Under the pieces are notes generated by a model. That model searched no databases. It was given only the letters and a program-made list of their open reading frames with translations, and had not been told where the DNA came from. Shown piece by piece: positions 40,101 to 55,100 of a stretch of DNA of 64,000 bases (the first letter of the stretch is position 1; each line of letters opens with the position of its first letter). A program made the position numbers and the translations under genes. This stretch comes from Eledone cirrhosa. Its lineage: Eukaryota. The stretch lies in NCBI GenBank assembly GCA_964016885.1, contig OZ024746.1, positions 45,756,001-45,820,000 on the forward strand. Reading direction: 5' to 3'.

Positions 40101-43100
40101 CAGTGTCTTGTTGGCAGGCCACAAAGCTATACAGTGTCTTGTCAGTGGGCCACATAGCTATACAGTGTCTTGTTGGTGTGCCACATATCTATACAGTGAC
40201 TTGTTAGCAGGCCACATAGCTATACAGTGTCTTGTTGGTGTGCCACATAGTTATACAGTGTCTTGTCAGTGGGCCACATAGCTATACAGTGTCTTGTTGG
40301 TGTGCCACATATCTATACAGTGACTTGTTAGCAGGCCACATAGCTATACAGTGTCTTGTTGGTGTGCCACATAGTTATACAGTGTCTTGTCAGTGGGCCA
40401 CATAGCTATACAGTGTCTTGTCAGTGGGCCACATAGCTATACAGTGTCTTGTCAGTGGGCCACATAGCTATACAGTGTCTTGTTGGTGTGCCACATAGCT
40501 ATACAGTGTCTTGTCAGTGGGTCACATAGCTATACAGTGTCTTGTTGGCAGGCCACATAACTATACAGTGTCTTGTTGGTGGGCCACATAGCTATACAGT
40601 GTCTTGTTGGTGGTTCACATAGCTATACAGTGTCTTGTCAGTGGGCCACATAGCTATGCAGTGTCTTGTTGGTGGGCCACATAGCTATATAGTGTCTTGT
40701 CGGTGGGCCACATAGCTATAGTGTCTTGTTGGTGGGTCACACAGCTATACAGTGTCTTGTTGGCAGGCCACATAGCTATACAGTGTCTTGTTGGTGGGCC
40801 ACATAGCTATACAGTGTCTTGTTGGTGGGCGACATAGCTATACAGTGTCTTGTCAGTGGGTCACATAGCTATACAGTGTCTTGTTGGTGGGCCACATAGC
40901 TATACAGTGTCTTGTCAGTGGACCACATAGCTATACATTGTCTTGTTGGTGGGCCACATAGCCATACAGTGTCTTGTCAGTGGACCACATAGCTATACAT
41001 TGTCTTGTTGGTGGGCCACATAGCCGTACAGTGTCTTGTTTGTGGGTCACATAGCTATACAGTGTTTTGTCAGTGGGCCACATAGCTTTACAGTGTCTTG
41101 TTGGTGGGCACATATCTATACAGTGTCTTGTTGGTGGGCCACATGGCATTACAGTGTCTTGTCAGTGGACCACATAGCTATACAGTGTCTTGTTGGTGGG
41201 TACATAGCTATACAGTCTCTTGTTCGTGGGTCACATAGCTATTCAGTTTCTTGTTAGCAGGCCACATAGCTATGCAGTGTCTTGTTGGTGGATACATAGC
41301 TATACAGTGTCTTGTTGGTGGAGTACATAGCTATGCAGTGTCTTGTCAGTGGGCCACATGGTATTACAGTGTCTTGTTGGTGGGCACCTAGCTATACAGT
41401 GTCTTGTTGGTAGGTCACATAGCTATGCAGTGTCTTGTTGGTGGGTCACATAGCTATGCAGTGTCTTGTCAGTGGGCCACATAGCTATACAGTGTCTTGT
41501 TGATGGGTACATAGCTATACAGTGTCTTGTTCGTGGGTCACATAGCTATTCAGTGTCTTGTTGGCAGGCCACATAGCTATGCAGTGTCTTGTTGGTGGAT
41601 ACATAGCTATACAGTGTCTTGTTGGTGGGGTACATAGCTATGCAGTGTCTTGTCAGTGGGCCACATGGTATTACAGTGTCTTGTTGGTGGGCACGTAGCT
41701 ATACAGTGTCTTGTTGGTAGGCCACATAGCTATGCAGTGTCTTGTTGGTGGTCACATAGCAAAACAGTGTCTTGTTGGCAGGCCACATAGCTATGCAGTG
41801 TCTTGTTGGTGGGTCCCATAGCTATGCAGTGTCTTGTTGGTGGGTCACATAGCTATGCAGTGTCTTGTCAGTGGGCCACATAGCTATACAGTGTCTTGTT
41901 GGTGGGCTACATAGCTATACAGTGTCTGGTCAGTGGGTCACATAGCTATACAGTGTCTGGTCTGTGGGTCACATAGCTATACAGTGTCTTGTCCTGTGGG
42001 CCACATAGCTATACAGTGTCTTGTCAGTGGGTCACATAGCTATACAGTGTCTTGTTGGCAGGCCACATAGCTATACAGTGTCTTGTCAGTGGGCCACATA
42101 GCTATACAGTGTCTTGTTGGTGTGCCACATATCTATACAGTGACTTGTTAGCAGGCCACATAGCTATACAGTGTCTTGTTGGTGTGCCACATAGTTATAC
42201 AGTGTCTTGTCAGTGGGCCACATAGCTATACAGTGTCTTGTCAGTGGGCCACATAGCTATACAGTGTCTTGTTGGTGTGCCACATATCTATACAGTGACT
42301 TGTTAGCAGGCCACATAGCTATACAGTGTCTTGTTGGTGTGCCACATAGTTATACAGTGTCTTGTCAGTGGGCCACATAGCTATACAGTGTCTTGTCAGT
42401 GGGCCACATAGCTATACAGTGTCTTGTCAGTGGGCCACATAGCTATACAGTGTCTTGTTGGTGTGCCACATAGCTATACAGTGTCTTGTCAGTGGGTCAC
42501 ATAGCTATACAGTGTCTTGTTGGCAGGCCACATAACTATACAGTGTCTTGTTGGTGGGCCACATAGCTATACAGTGTCTTGTTGGTGGTTCACATAGCTA
42601 TACAGTGTCTTGTCAGTGGGCCACATAGCTATGCAGTGTCTTGTTGGTGGGCCACATAGCTATATAGTGTCTTGTCGGTGGGCCACATAGCTATAGTGTC
42701 TTGTTGGTGGGTCACACAGCTATACAGTGTCTTGTTGGCAGGCCACATAGCTATACAGTGTCTTGTTGGTGGGCCACATAGCTATACAGTGTCTTGTTGG
42801 TGGGCCACATAGCTATACAGTGTCTTGTCAGTGGGTCACATAGCTATACAGTGTCTTGTTGGTGGGCCACATAGCTATACAGTGTCTTGTCAGTGGACCA
42901 CATAGCTATACATTGTCTTGTTGGTGGGCCACATAGCCATACAGTGTCTTGTCAGTGGACCACATAGCTATACATTGTCTTGTTGGTGGGCCACATAGCC
43001 GTACAGTGTCTTGTTTGTGGGTCACATAGCTATACAGTGTTTTGTCAGTGGGCCACATAGCTTTACAGTGTCTTGTTGGTGGGCACATATCTATACAGTG

Positions 43101-46100
43101 TCTTGTTGGTGGGCCACATGGCATTACAGTGTCTTGTCAGTGGAACACATAGCTATACAGTGTCTTGTTGGTGGGTACATAGCTATACAGTCTCTTGTTC
43201 GTGGGTCACATAGCTATTCAGTTTCTTGTTAGCAGGCCACATAGCTATGCAGTGTCTTGTTGGTGGATACATAGCTATACAGTGTCTTGTTGGTGGAGTA
43301 CATAGCTATGCAGTGTCTTGTCAGTGGGCCACATGGTATTACAGTGTCTTGTTGGTGGGCACCTAGCTATACAGTGTCTTGTTGGTAGGTCACATAGCTA
43401 TGCAGTGTCTTGTTGGTGGGTCACATAGCTATGCAGTGTCTTGTCAGTGGGCCACATAGCTATACAGTGTCTTGTTGATGGGTACATAGCTATACAGTGT
43501 CTTGTTCGTGGGTCACAAAGCTATTCAGTGTCTTGTTGGCAGGCCACATAGCTATGCAGTGTCTTGTTGGTGGATACATAGCTATACAGTGTCTTGTTGG
43601 TGGGGTACATAGCTATGCAGTGTCTTGTCAGTGGGCCACATGGTATTACAGTGTCTTGTTGGTGGGCACGTAGCTATACAGTGTCTTGTTGGTAGGCCAC
43701 ATAGCTATGCAGTGTCTTGTTGGTGGTCATATAGCAAAACAGTGTCTTGTTGGCAGGCCACATAGCTATGCAGTGTCTTGTTGGTGGGTCCCATAGCTAT
43801 GCAGTGTCTTGTTGGTGGGTCACATAGCTATGCAGTGTCTTGTCAGTGGGCCACATAGCTATACAGTGTCTTGTTGGTGGGCTACATAGCTATACAGTGT
43901 CTGGTCAGTGGGTCACATAGCTATACAGTGTCTGGTCTGTGGGTCACATAGCTATACAGTGTCTTGTCCTGTGGGCCACATAGCTATACAGTGTCTTGTC
44001 AGTGGGTCACATAGCTATACAGTGTCTTGTCCTGTGGGTCACATAGCTATACAGTGTCTTGTTGGTGTGCCACATATCTATACAGTGACTTGTTAGCAGG
44101 CCACATAGCTATACAGTGTCTTGTTGGTGTGCCACATAGTTATACAGTGTCTTGTCAGTGGGCCACATAGCTATACAGTGTCTTGTTGGTGTGCCACATA
44201 TCTATACAGTGACTTGTTAGCAGGCCACATAGCTATACAGTGTCTTGTTGGTGTGCCACATAGTTATACAGTGTCTTGTCAGTGGGCCACATAGCTATAC
44301 AGTGTCTTGTCAGTGGGCCACATAGCTATACAGTGTCTTGTCAGTGGGCCACATAGCTATACAGTGTCTTGTTGGTGTGCCACATAGCTATACAGTGTCT
44401 TGTCAGTGGGTCACATAGCTATACAGTGTCTTGTTGGCAGGCCACATAACTATACAGTGTCTTGTTGGTGGGCCACATAGCTATACAGTGTCTTGTTGGT
44501 GGTTCACATAGCTATACAGTGTCTTGTCAGTGGGCCACATAGCTATGCAGTGTCTTGTTGGTGGGCCACATAGCTATATAGTGTCTTGTCGGTGGGCCAC
44601 ATAGCTATAGTGTCTTGTTGGTGGGTCACACAGCTATACAGTGTCTTGTTGGCAGGCCACATAGCTATACAGTGTCTTGTTGGTGGGCCACATAGCTATA
44701 CAGTGTCTTGTTGGTGGGCCACATAGCTATACAGTGTCTTGTCAGTGGGTCACATAGCTATACAGTGTCTTGTTGGTGGGCCACATAGCTATACAGTGTC
44801 TTGTCAGTGGACCACATAGCTATACATTGTCTTGTTGGTGGGCCACATAGCCATACAGTGTCTTGTCAGTGGACCACATAGCTATACATTGTCTTGTTGG
44901 TGGGCCACATAGCCGTACAGTGTCTTGTTTGTGGGTCACATAGCTATACAGTGTTTTGTCAGTGGGCCACATAGCTTTACAGTGTCTTGTTGGTGGGCAC
45001 ATATCTATACAGTGTCTTGTTGGTGGGCCACATGGCATTACAGTGTCTTGTCAGTGGACCACATAGCTATACAGTGTCTTGTTGGTGGGTACATAGCTAT
45101 ACAGTCTCTTGTTCGTGGGTCACATAGCTATTCAGTTTCTTGTTAGCAGGCCACATAGCTATGCAGTGTCTTGTTGGTGGATACATAGCTATACAGTGTC
45201 TTGTTGGTGGAGTACATAGCTATGCAGTGTCTTGTCAGTGGGCCACATGGTATTACAGTGTCTTGTTGGTGGGCACCTAGCTATACAGTGTCTTGTTGGT
45301 AGGTCACATAGCTATGCAGTGTCTTGTTGGTGGGTCACATAGCTATGCAGTGTCTTGTCAGTGGGCCACATAGCTATACAGTGTCTTGTTGATGGGTACA
45401 TAGCTATACAGTGTCTTGTTCGTGGGTCACATAGCTATTCAGTGTCTTGTTGGCAGGCCACATAGCTATGCAGTGTCTTGTTGGTGGATACATAGCTATA
45501 CAGTGTCTTGTTGGTGGGGTACATAGCTATGCAGTGTCTTGTCAGTGGGCCACATGGTATTACAGTGTCTTGTTGGTGGGCACGTAGCTATACAGTGTCT
45601 TGTTGGTAGGCCACATAGCTATGCAGTGTCTTGTTGGTGGTCACATAGCAAAACAGTGTCTTGTTGGCAGGCCACATAGCTATGCAGTGTCTTGTTGGTG
45701 GGTCCCATAGCTATGCAGTGTCTTGTCAGTGGGCCACATAGCTATACAGTGTCTTGTTGGTGGGCTACATAGCTATACAGTGTCTGGTCAGTGGGTCACA
45801 TAGCTATACAGTGTCTGGTCTGTGGGTCACATAGCTATACAGTGTCTTGTCCTGTGGGCCACATAGCTATACAGTGTCTTGTCAGTGGGTCACATAGCTA
45901 TACAGTGTCTTGTTGGCAGGCCACATAGCTATACAGTGTCTTGTCAGTGGGCCACATAGCTATACAGTGTCTTGTTGGTGTGCCACATATCTATACAGTG
46001 ACTTGTTAGCAGGCCACATAGCTATACAGTGTCTTGTTGGTGTGCCACATAGTTATACAGTGTCTTGTCAGTGGGCCACATAGGTATACAGTGTCTTGTC

Positions 46101-49100
46101 AGTGGGCCACATAGCTATACAGTGTCTTGTTGGTGTGCCACATATCTATACAGTGACTTGTTAGCAGGCCACATAGCTATACAGTGTCTTGTTGGTGTGC
46201 CACATAGTTATACAGTGTCTTGTCAGTGGGCCACATAGCTATACAGTGTCTTGTCAGTGGGCCACATAGCTATACAGTGTCTTGTCAGTGGGCCACATAG
46301 CTATACAGTGTCTTGTTGGTGTGCCACATATCTATACAGTAACTTGTTAGCAGGCCACATAGCTATACAGTGTCTTGTCCTGTGGGCCACATAGCTATTC
46401 AGTGTCTTGTCAGTGGGCCAGATAGCTATACAGTGTCTTGTTGGTGTGCCACATAGCTATACAGTGTCTTGTTGGTGGCCACATAGCTATACAGTGTCTT
46501 GTTGGTGGGTCACATAGCTATACAGTGTCTTGTCAGTGGGCCACATAGCTATACAGTGTCTTGTCAGTGGGCCACATAACTATACAGTGTCTTGTCAGTG
46601 GGCCACATAACTATACAGTCTCTTGTTGGTGGGCCACAGAGCTATACAGTGTCTTGTTGGTGGGCCACATAGCTATACAGTGTCTTGTCAGTGGGCCACA
46701 TAGCTATAGTGTCTTGTTGGTGGGCCACATGGCATTACAGTGTCTTGTCAGTGGGCCACATGGCTATACAGTGTCTTGTTGGTGGCCACATAGCTATACA
46801 GTGTCTTGTTGGCAGGCTACATAGCTATACAGTGCCTTGCCAGTGGGTCACATAGCTATACAGTGTCTTGTTGGTGGGCCACATAGCTATGCAGTGTCTT
46901 GTTGGTGGGCCACATAGCTATACAGTGTCTTGTTGGTGGGCCACATAGCTATACAGTGTCTTGTTGGTGGGTCACATAGCTATACAGTGTCTTGTCAGTG
47001 GGCCACATAGCTATAGTGTCTTGTTGGTGGGCCACATGGCATTACAGTGTCTTGTCAGTGGGCCACATAGCTATACAGTGTCTTGTTGGTGGGGCACATA
47101 GCTATACAGTGTCTTGTCAGTGGGCCACATAGCTATTCAGTGTCTTGTCAGTGGGCCACATAGCTATACAGTGTCTTGTCAGTAGGTCACATAGCTATAC
47201 AGTGTCTTGTCAGTGGGTCACATAGCTATTCAGTTTCTTGTTGGCAGGCCACATAGCTATGCAGTGTCTTGTTGGTGGATACATAGCTATACAGTGTCTT
47301 GTTGGTGGGGTACATAGCTATTTACTGTCTTGTCAGTGGGCCACATGGCATTACAGTGTCTTGTTGGTGGTCACATAGCAATACAGTGTCTTGTTGGAAG
47401 GCCACATAGCTATGCAGTGTCTTCTTGATGGGTCACATAGCTATGCAGTGTCTTGTTGGTGGGTCACATAGCTATACAGTGTCTTGTCAGTGGGCCACAT
47501 AGCTATACAGTGTCTTGTTGATGGGTACATAGCTATACAGTGTCTTGTTCGTGGGTCACATAGCTATTCAGTGTCTTGTTGGCAGGCCACATAGCTATAC
47601 AGTGTCTTGTTGGTGGGGTACATAGCTATGCAGTGTCTTGTCAGTGGGCCACATGGTATTACAGTGTCTTGTTGGTGGGCACGTAGCTATACAGTGTCTT
47701 GTTGGTAGGCCAAATAGCTATGCAGTGTCTTGTTGGTGGTCACATAGCAATACAGTGTCTTGTTGGCAGGCCACATAGCTATGCAGTGTCTTGTTGGTGG
47801 GTCACGTAGCTATACAGTGTCTTATCGGTGGGCCACGTAGCTATACAGTGTCTTGTCGGTGGGCCACATAGCTATAGTGTCTTGTTGGTGGGCCACATAG
47901 CATTACAGTGTCTTGTCAGTGGGCCACATAGCTATACAGTGTCTTGTTAGTGGGCCACATAGCTATACAGTGTCTTGTTGGTGGGCCACATAGCTATACA
48001 GTGTCTTGTCAGTGGGCCACATAGCTATAGTGTCTTGTTGGTGGGCCACATAGCATTACAGTGTCTTGTCAGTGGGCCACATAGCTATACAGTGTCTTGT
48101 TAGTGGGCCACATAGCTATACAGTGTCTTGTTGGTGGGCCACATAGCTATACAGTGTCTTGTTGGTGGTTCACATAGCTATACAGTGTCTTGTCAGTGGG
48201 CCACATAGCTATGCAGTGTCTTGTTGGTGGGCCACATAGCTATACAGTGTCTTGTCAGTGGGCCACATAGCTATATAGTGTCTTGTCGGTGGGCCACGTA
48301 GCTATACAGTGTCTTGTCAGTGGGCCACATAGCTATATAGTGTCTTGTCAGTGGGCCACATAGCTATATAGTGTCTTGTCGGTGGGCCACATAGCCATAC
48401 AGTGTCTTGTTTGTGGGTCACATAGCTATACAGTGTTTTGTCAGTGGGCCACATAGCTTTACAGTGTCTTGTTGGTGGGCACATAGCTATACAGTGTCTT
48501 GTTGGTGGTTCACATAGCTATACAGTGTCTTGTCAGTGGGTCACATAGCTATACAGTGTCTTGTTGGTGGGCCACATAGCTATACAGTGTCTTGTCAGTG
48601 GACCACATAGCTATACATTGTCTTGTTGGTGGGCCACATAGCTATACAGTGTCTTGTTGGTGGGTCACATAGCTATACAGTGTCTTGTCAGTGGGCCACA
48701 TAGCCATACAGTGTCTTGTTTGTGGGTCACATAGCTATACAGTGTTTTGTCAGTGGGCCACATAGCTTTACAGTGTCTTGTTGGTGGGCACATATCTATA
48801 CAGTGTCTTGTTGGTGGGCCACATGGCATTACAGTGTCTTGTCAGTGGACCACTTAGCTATACAGTGTCTTGTCAGTGGGCCACATAGCTATACAGTGTC
48901 TTGTTGGTGGGTACATAGCTATACAGTGTCTTGTTCGTGGGTCACATAGCTATTCAGTTTCTTGTTAGCAGGCCACATAGCTATGCAGTGTCTTGTTGGT
49001 GGATACATAGCTATACAGTGTCTTGTTGGTGGAGTACATAGCTATGCAGTGTCTTGTCAGTGGGCCACATGGTATTACAGTGTCTTGTTGGTGGGCACGT

Positions 49101-52100
49101 AGCTATACAGTGTCTTGTTGGTAGGCCACATAGCTATGCAGTGTCTTGTTGGTGGTCACATAGCAATACAGTGTCTTGTTGGCAGGCCACATAGCTATGC
49201 AGTGTCTTGTTGGTGGGTCCCATAGCTATGCAGTGTCTTGTTGGTGGGTCACATAGCTATGCAGTGTCTTGTCAGTGGGCCACATAGCTATACAGTGTCT
49301 TGTTGGTGGGCTACATAGCTATACAGTGTCTGGTCACTGGGTCACATAGCTATACAGTGTCTGGTCTGTGGGTCACATAGCTATACAGTGTCTTGTCCTG
49401 TGGGCCACATAGCTATTCAGTGTCTTGTCAGTGGGCCACATAGCTTTACAGTGTCTTGTTGGTGGGCACATATCTATTCAGTGTCTTGTTGGTGGGCCAC
49501 ATGGCATTACAGTGTCTTGTCAGTGGACCACTTAGCTATACAGTGTCTTGTCAGTGGGCCACATAGCTATACAGTGTCTTGTTGGCAGGCCACATAGCTA
49601 TACAGTGTCTTGTTCGTGGGTCACATAGCTATTCAGTTTCTTGTTGGCAGGCCACATAGCTATGCAGTGTCTTGTTGGTGGATACATAGCTATACAGTGT
49701 CTTGTTGGTGGGGTACATAGCTATGCACTGTCTTGTCAGTGGGCCACATAGCTATACAGTGTCTTGTCAGTGAGTCACATAGCTATACAGTGTCTTGTTG
49801 GCAGGCCACATAGCTATACAGTGTCTTGTCAGTGGGCCACATAACTATACAGTGTCTTGTTGGTGGATACATAGCTATACAGTGTCTTGTTGGTGGGGTA
49901 CATAGCTATGCACTGTCTTGTCAGTGGGCCACATGGCATTACAGTGTCTTGTTGGTGGTCACATAGCAATACAGTGTCTTGTTGGTAGGCCAAATAGCTA
50001 TGCAGTGTCTTGTTGGTGGTCACATAGCAATACAGTGTCTTGTTGGCAGGCCACATAGCTATGCAGTGTCTTGTTGGTGGGTCACGTAGCTATACAGTGT
50101 CCTGTCGGTGGGCCACATAGCTATAGTGTCTTGTTGGTGGGTCACATAGCTATACAGTGTCTTGTCAGTGGACCACGTAGCTATACAGTGTCTTGTCGGT
50201 GGGCCACATAGCTATAGTGTCTTGTTGGTGGGCCACATAGCATTACAGTGTCTTGTCAGTGGGCCACATAGCTATACAGTGTCTTGTTAGTGGGCCACAT
50301 AGCTATACAGTGTCTTGTTGGTGGGCCACATAGCTATACAGTGTCTTGTCAGTGGGTCACATAGCTATACAGTGTCTTGTTGGCAGGCCACATAGCTATA
50401 CAGTGTCTTGTCAGTGGGCCACATAACTATACAGTGTCTTGTTGGTGGGCCACATAGCTATACAGTGTCTTGTTGGTGGTTCACATAGCTATACAGTGTC
50501 TTGTCAGTGGGCCACGTAGCTATATAGTGTCTTGTCGGTGGGCCACATAGCTATAGTGTCTTGTTGGTGGGTCACACAGCTATACAGTGTCTTGTTGGCA
50601 GGCCACATAGCTATACAGTGTCTTGTTGGTGGGCCACATAGCTACACAGTGTCTTGTTGGTGGGCCACATAGCTATACAGCGTCTTGTCCGTGGGCCACA
50701 TAGCTATACATTGTCTTGTTGGTGGGCCACATAGCAATACAGTGTCTTGTTTGTGGGTCACATAGCTATACAGTGTTTTGTCAGTGGGCCACATAGCTTT
50801 ACAGTGTCTTGTTGGTGGGCACATAGCTATACAGTGTCTTGTTCGTGGGTCACATAGCTATTCAGTTTCTTGTTAGCAGGCCACATAGCTATGCAGTGTC
50901 TTGTTGGTGGATACATAGCTATACAGTGTCTTGTTGGTGGGGTACATAGCTATGCACTGTCTTGTCAGTGGGCCACATGGCATTACAGTGTCTTGTTGGT
51001 GGTCACATAGCAATACAGTGTCTTGTTGGCAGGCCACATAGCTATGCAGTGTCTTGTTGATGGGTCACATTGCTATGCAGTGTCTTGTTGGTGGGTCACA
51101 TAGCTATACAGTGTCTTGTTGGTGGACCACATAGCTATACAGTGTCTTGTTGATGGGTACATAGCTATACAGTGTCTTGTACGTGGGTCACATAGCTATT
51201 CAGTGTCTTGTTGGCAGGCCACATAGCTATGCAGTGTCTTGTTGGTGGATACATAGCTATACAGTGTCTTGTTGGTGGGGTACATAGCTATGCAGTGTCT
51301 TGTCAGTGGGCCACATGGTATTACAGTGTCTTGTTGGTGGGCACGTAGCTATACAGTGTCTTGTTGGTAGGCCACATAGCTATGCAGTGTCTTGTTGGTG
51401 GTCACATGGCAATACAGTGTCTTGTTGGCAGGCCACATAGCTATGCAGTGTCTTGTTGGTGGGTCACATAGCTATGCAGTGTCTTGTTGGTGGGTCACAT
51501 AGCTATGCAGTGTCTTGTCAGTGGGCCACATAGCTATACAGTGTCTTGTTGGTGGGCTACATAGCTATACAGTGTCTGGTCAGTGGGTCACATAGCTATA
51601 CAGTGTCTGGTCAGTGGGTCACATAGCTATACAGTGTCTTGTCCTGTGGGCCACATAGCTATTCAGTGTCTTGTCAGTGGGCCACATAGCTATACAGTGT
51701 CTTGTTGGTGGGCCACATAGCTATACAGTGTCTTGTTGGTGTGCCACATAGCTATACAGTGTCTTGTTGGTGGCCACATAGCTATACAGTATCTTGTTGG
51801 TGGGCCACATAGCTATACAGTGTCTTGTTGGTGGGTCACATAGCTATACAGTGTCTTGTCAGTGGGCCACATAGCTATACAGTGTCTTGTCAGTGGGCCA
51901 CATAGCTATAGTGTCTTGTTGGTGGGCCACATGGCATTACAGTGTCTTGTCAGTGGGCCACATAGCTATACAGTGTATTGTTGGTGGGGCACATAGCTAT
52001 ACAGTGTCTTGTCAGTGGGCCACATAGCATTACAGTGTCTTGTCAGTGGGTCACATAGCTATACAGTGTCTTGTTGGTGGGTCACATAGCTATACAGTCT

Positions 52101-55100
52101 CTTGTCAGTGGGCCACATAGCTATTCAGTGTCTTGTCAGTGGGCCACATAGCTATACAGTGTCTTGTCAGTAGGTCACATAGCTATACAGTGTCTTGTCA
52201 GAGGGTCACATAGCTATACTGTGTCTTGTTGGTGGGCCACTTAGCTATACAGTGTCTTGTTGGTGGTTAACATAGCTATACAGTGTCTTGTCAGTGGGCC
52301 ACGTAGCTATACAGTGTCTTGTCGGTGGGCCACATAGCTATAGTGTCTTGTTGGTGTGCCACATAGTTATACAGTGTCTTGTCAGTGGGCCACATAACTA
52401 TACAGTGTCTTGTTGGTGGGCCACTTAGCTATACAGTGTCTTGTTGGTGGTTAACCTAGCTATACAGTGTCTTGTCAGTGGACCACGTAGCTATACAGTG
52501 TCTTGTCAGTGGGCCACATAGCTATAGTGTCTTGTTGGTGGGCCACATAGCATTACAGTGTCTTGTCAGTGGGCCACATAGCTATACAGTGTCTTGTTGG
52601 TGGGCCACATAGCTATACAGTGTCTTGTTGCTGGGCCACATAGCTATACAGTGTCTTGTCAGTGGGTCACATAGCTGTACAGTGTCTTGTTGGTGGGCCA
52701 CATAGCTATACAGTGTCTTGTTGGTGGGCCACATAGCTATACAGTGTCTTGTCAGTGGGCCACGTAGCTATACAGTGTCTTGTCGGTGGGCCACATAGCT
52801 ATAGTGTCTTGTTGGTGGGTCACACAGCTATACAGTGTCTTGTTGGCAGGCCACATAGCTATACAGTGTCTTGTTGGTCGGCCACATAGCTATACAGTGT
52901 CTTGTTGGTGGGCCACATAGCTATACATTGTCTTGTTAGTGGGCCACATAGCCATACAGTGTCTTGTTTGTGGGTCACATAGCTATACAGTGTTTTGTCA
53001 GTGGGCCACATAGCTTTACAGTGTCTTGTTGGTGGGCACATATCTATACAGTGTCTTGTTGGTGGGCCACATGGCATTACAGTGTCTTGTCAGTGGACCA
53101 CTTAGCTATATAGTGTCTTGTTCGTGGGTGACATAGCTATTCAGTTTCTTGTTGGCAGGCCACATAGCTATGCAGTGTCTTGTTGGTGGATACATAGCTA
53201 TACAGTGTCTTGTTGGTGGGGTACATAGCTATTTACTGTCTTGTCAGTGGGCCACATGGCATTACAGTGTCTTGTTGGTGGTCACATAGCAATACAGTGT
53301 CTTGTTGGCAGGCCACATAGCTATGCAGTGTCTTGTTGATGGGTCACATAGCTATGCAGTGTCTTGTTGGTGGGTCACATAGCTATACAGTGTCTTGTCA
53401 GTGGGCCACATAGCTATACAGTGTCTTGTTGATGGGTACATAGCTATACAGTGTCTTGTTCGTGGGTCACATAGCTATTCAGTGTCTTGTTGGCAGGCCA
53501 CATAGCTATGCAGTGTCTTGTTGGTGGATACATAGCTATACAGCGTCTTGTTGGTGGGGTACATAGCTATGCAGTGTCTTGTCAGTGGGCCACATGGTAT
53601 TACAGTGTCTTGTTGGTGGGCACGTAGCTATACAGTGTCTTGTTGGTAGGCCACATAGCTATGCAGTGTCTTGTTGGTGGTCACATAGCAATACAGTGTC
53701 TTGTTGGCAGGCCACATAGCTATGCAGTGTCTTGTTGGTGGGTCACATAGCTATGCAGTGTCTTGTTGGTGGGTCACATAGCTATGCAGTGTCTTGTCAG
53801 TGGGCCACATAGCTATACAGTGTCTTATTGGTGGGCTACATAGCTATACAGTGTCTGGTCAGTGGGTCAAATAGCTATACGGTGTCTGGTCAGTGGGTCA
53901 CATAGCTATACAGTGTCTTGTTGGTGGGCCACATAGCTATACAGTGTCTTGTCAGTCGGTCACATAGCTATACAGTGTCTTGTTGGTGGATCACATAGCT
54001 ATACAGTGTCTTGTTGGTGGTCACATAGCTATACAGTGTCTTGTCAGTGGGTCACATAGCTATACAGTGACTTGTTGGCAGGCCAAATAGCTATACAGGT
54101 GTCTTGTCAGTGGGTCACATAGGTATACAGTGTCTTGTTGGTGGGCACAGAGCTATACAGTGTCTTGTTGGTGGGCCACATAGCTATACAGTGTCTTGTT
54201 GGTGGGCACATACCTATATAGTGTCTTGTTGGTGGGCACATATCTATACAGTGGGTCACATAGCTATACAGTGTCTTGGTGGGGGGCCACATAGCTATAC
54301 AGTGACTTGTTGGCAGGCCACATAGCTATACAGTGTCTTGTTGGTGGGCACATAGCTATACAGTATCTTGTTGGTGGGTCACATAGCTATACAGTGTCTT
54401 GTTGGTGGGTCACATAGCTATACAGTGTTTTGTCAGTGGCCCACATAGCTATACAGTGTCTTGTCAGTGGGCCACATAGCTATACAGTGTCTTGTTGGTG
54501 GGTCACATAGCTATACAGTGTCTTGTCAGTGGCCCACATAGCTATACAGTGTCTTGTCAGTGTGCCACATAGCTATAGTGTCTTGTTGGTGGGTCACATA
54601 GCTATACAGTGTCTTGTCAGTGGCCCTCATAGCTATACAGTGTCTTGTCAGTGGGCCACATAGCTATAGTGTCTTGTTGGTGGGTCACATAGCTATACAG
54701 TGTCTTGTCAGTGGCCCACATAGCTATACAGTGTCTTGTCAGTGGGCCACATAGCTATAGTGTCTTGTTGGTGGGTCCCATAGCTATACAGTGTCTTTTT
54801 GGTGGTCACATAGCTATACAGTGTCTTGTTGGTGGGCTACATGGCTATACAGTGTCCTGTTGGTGGGCCACATAGCTATACAGTCTCTTGTCAGTGGGTC
54901 ACATAGCTATACAGTGTCTTGTTGGTGGGCTACATGGCTATACTGTGTCTTGTCAGTGGGTCACATATCTATACAGTGACTTGTTGGCAGGCCAAATAGC
55001 TATACAGGTGTCTTGTCAGTGGGTCACATAGGTATACAGTGTCTCGTCAGTGGGCCACATAGCTATAGCGTCTTGTTGGTGAGCACATAGCTATACAGTG

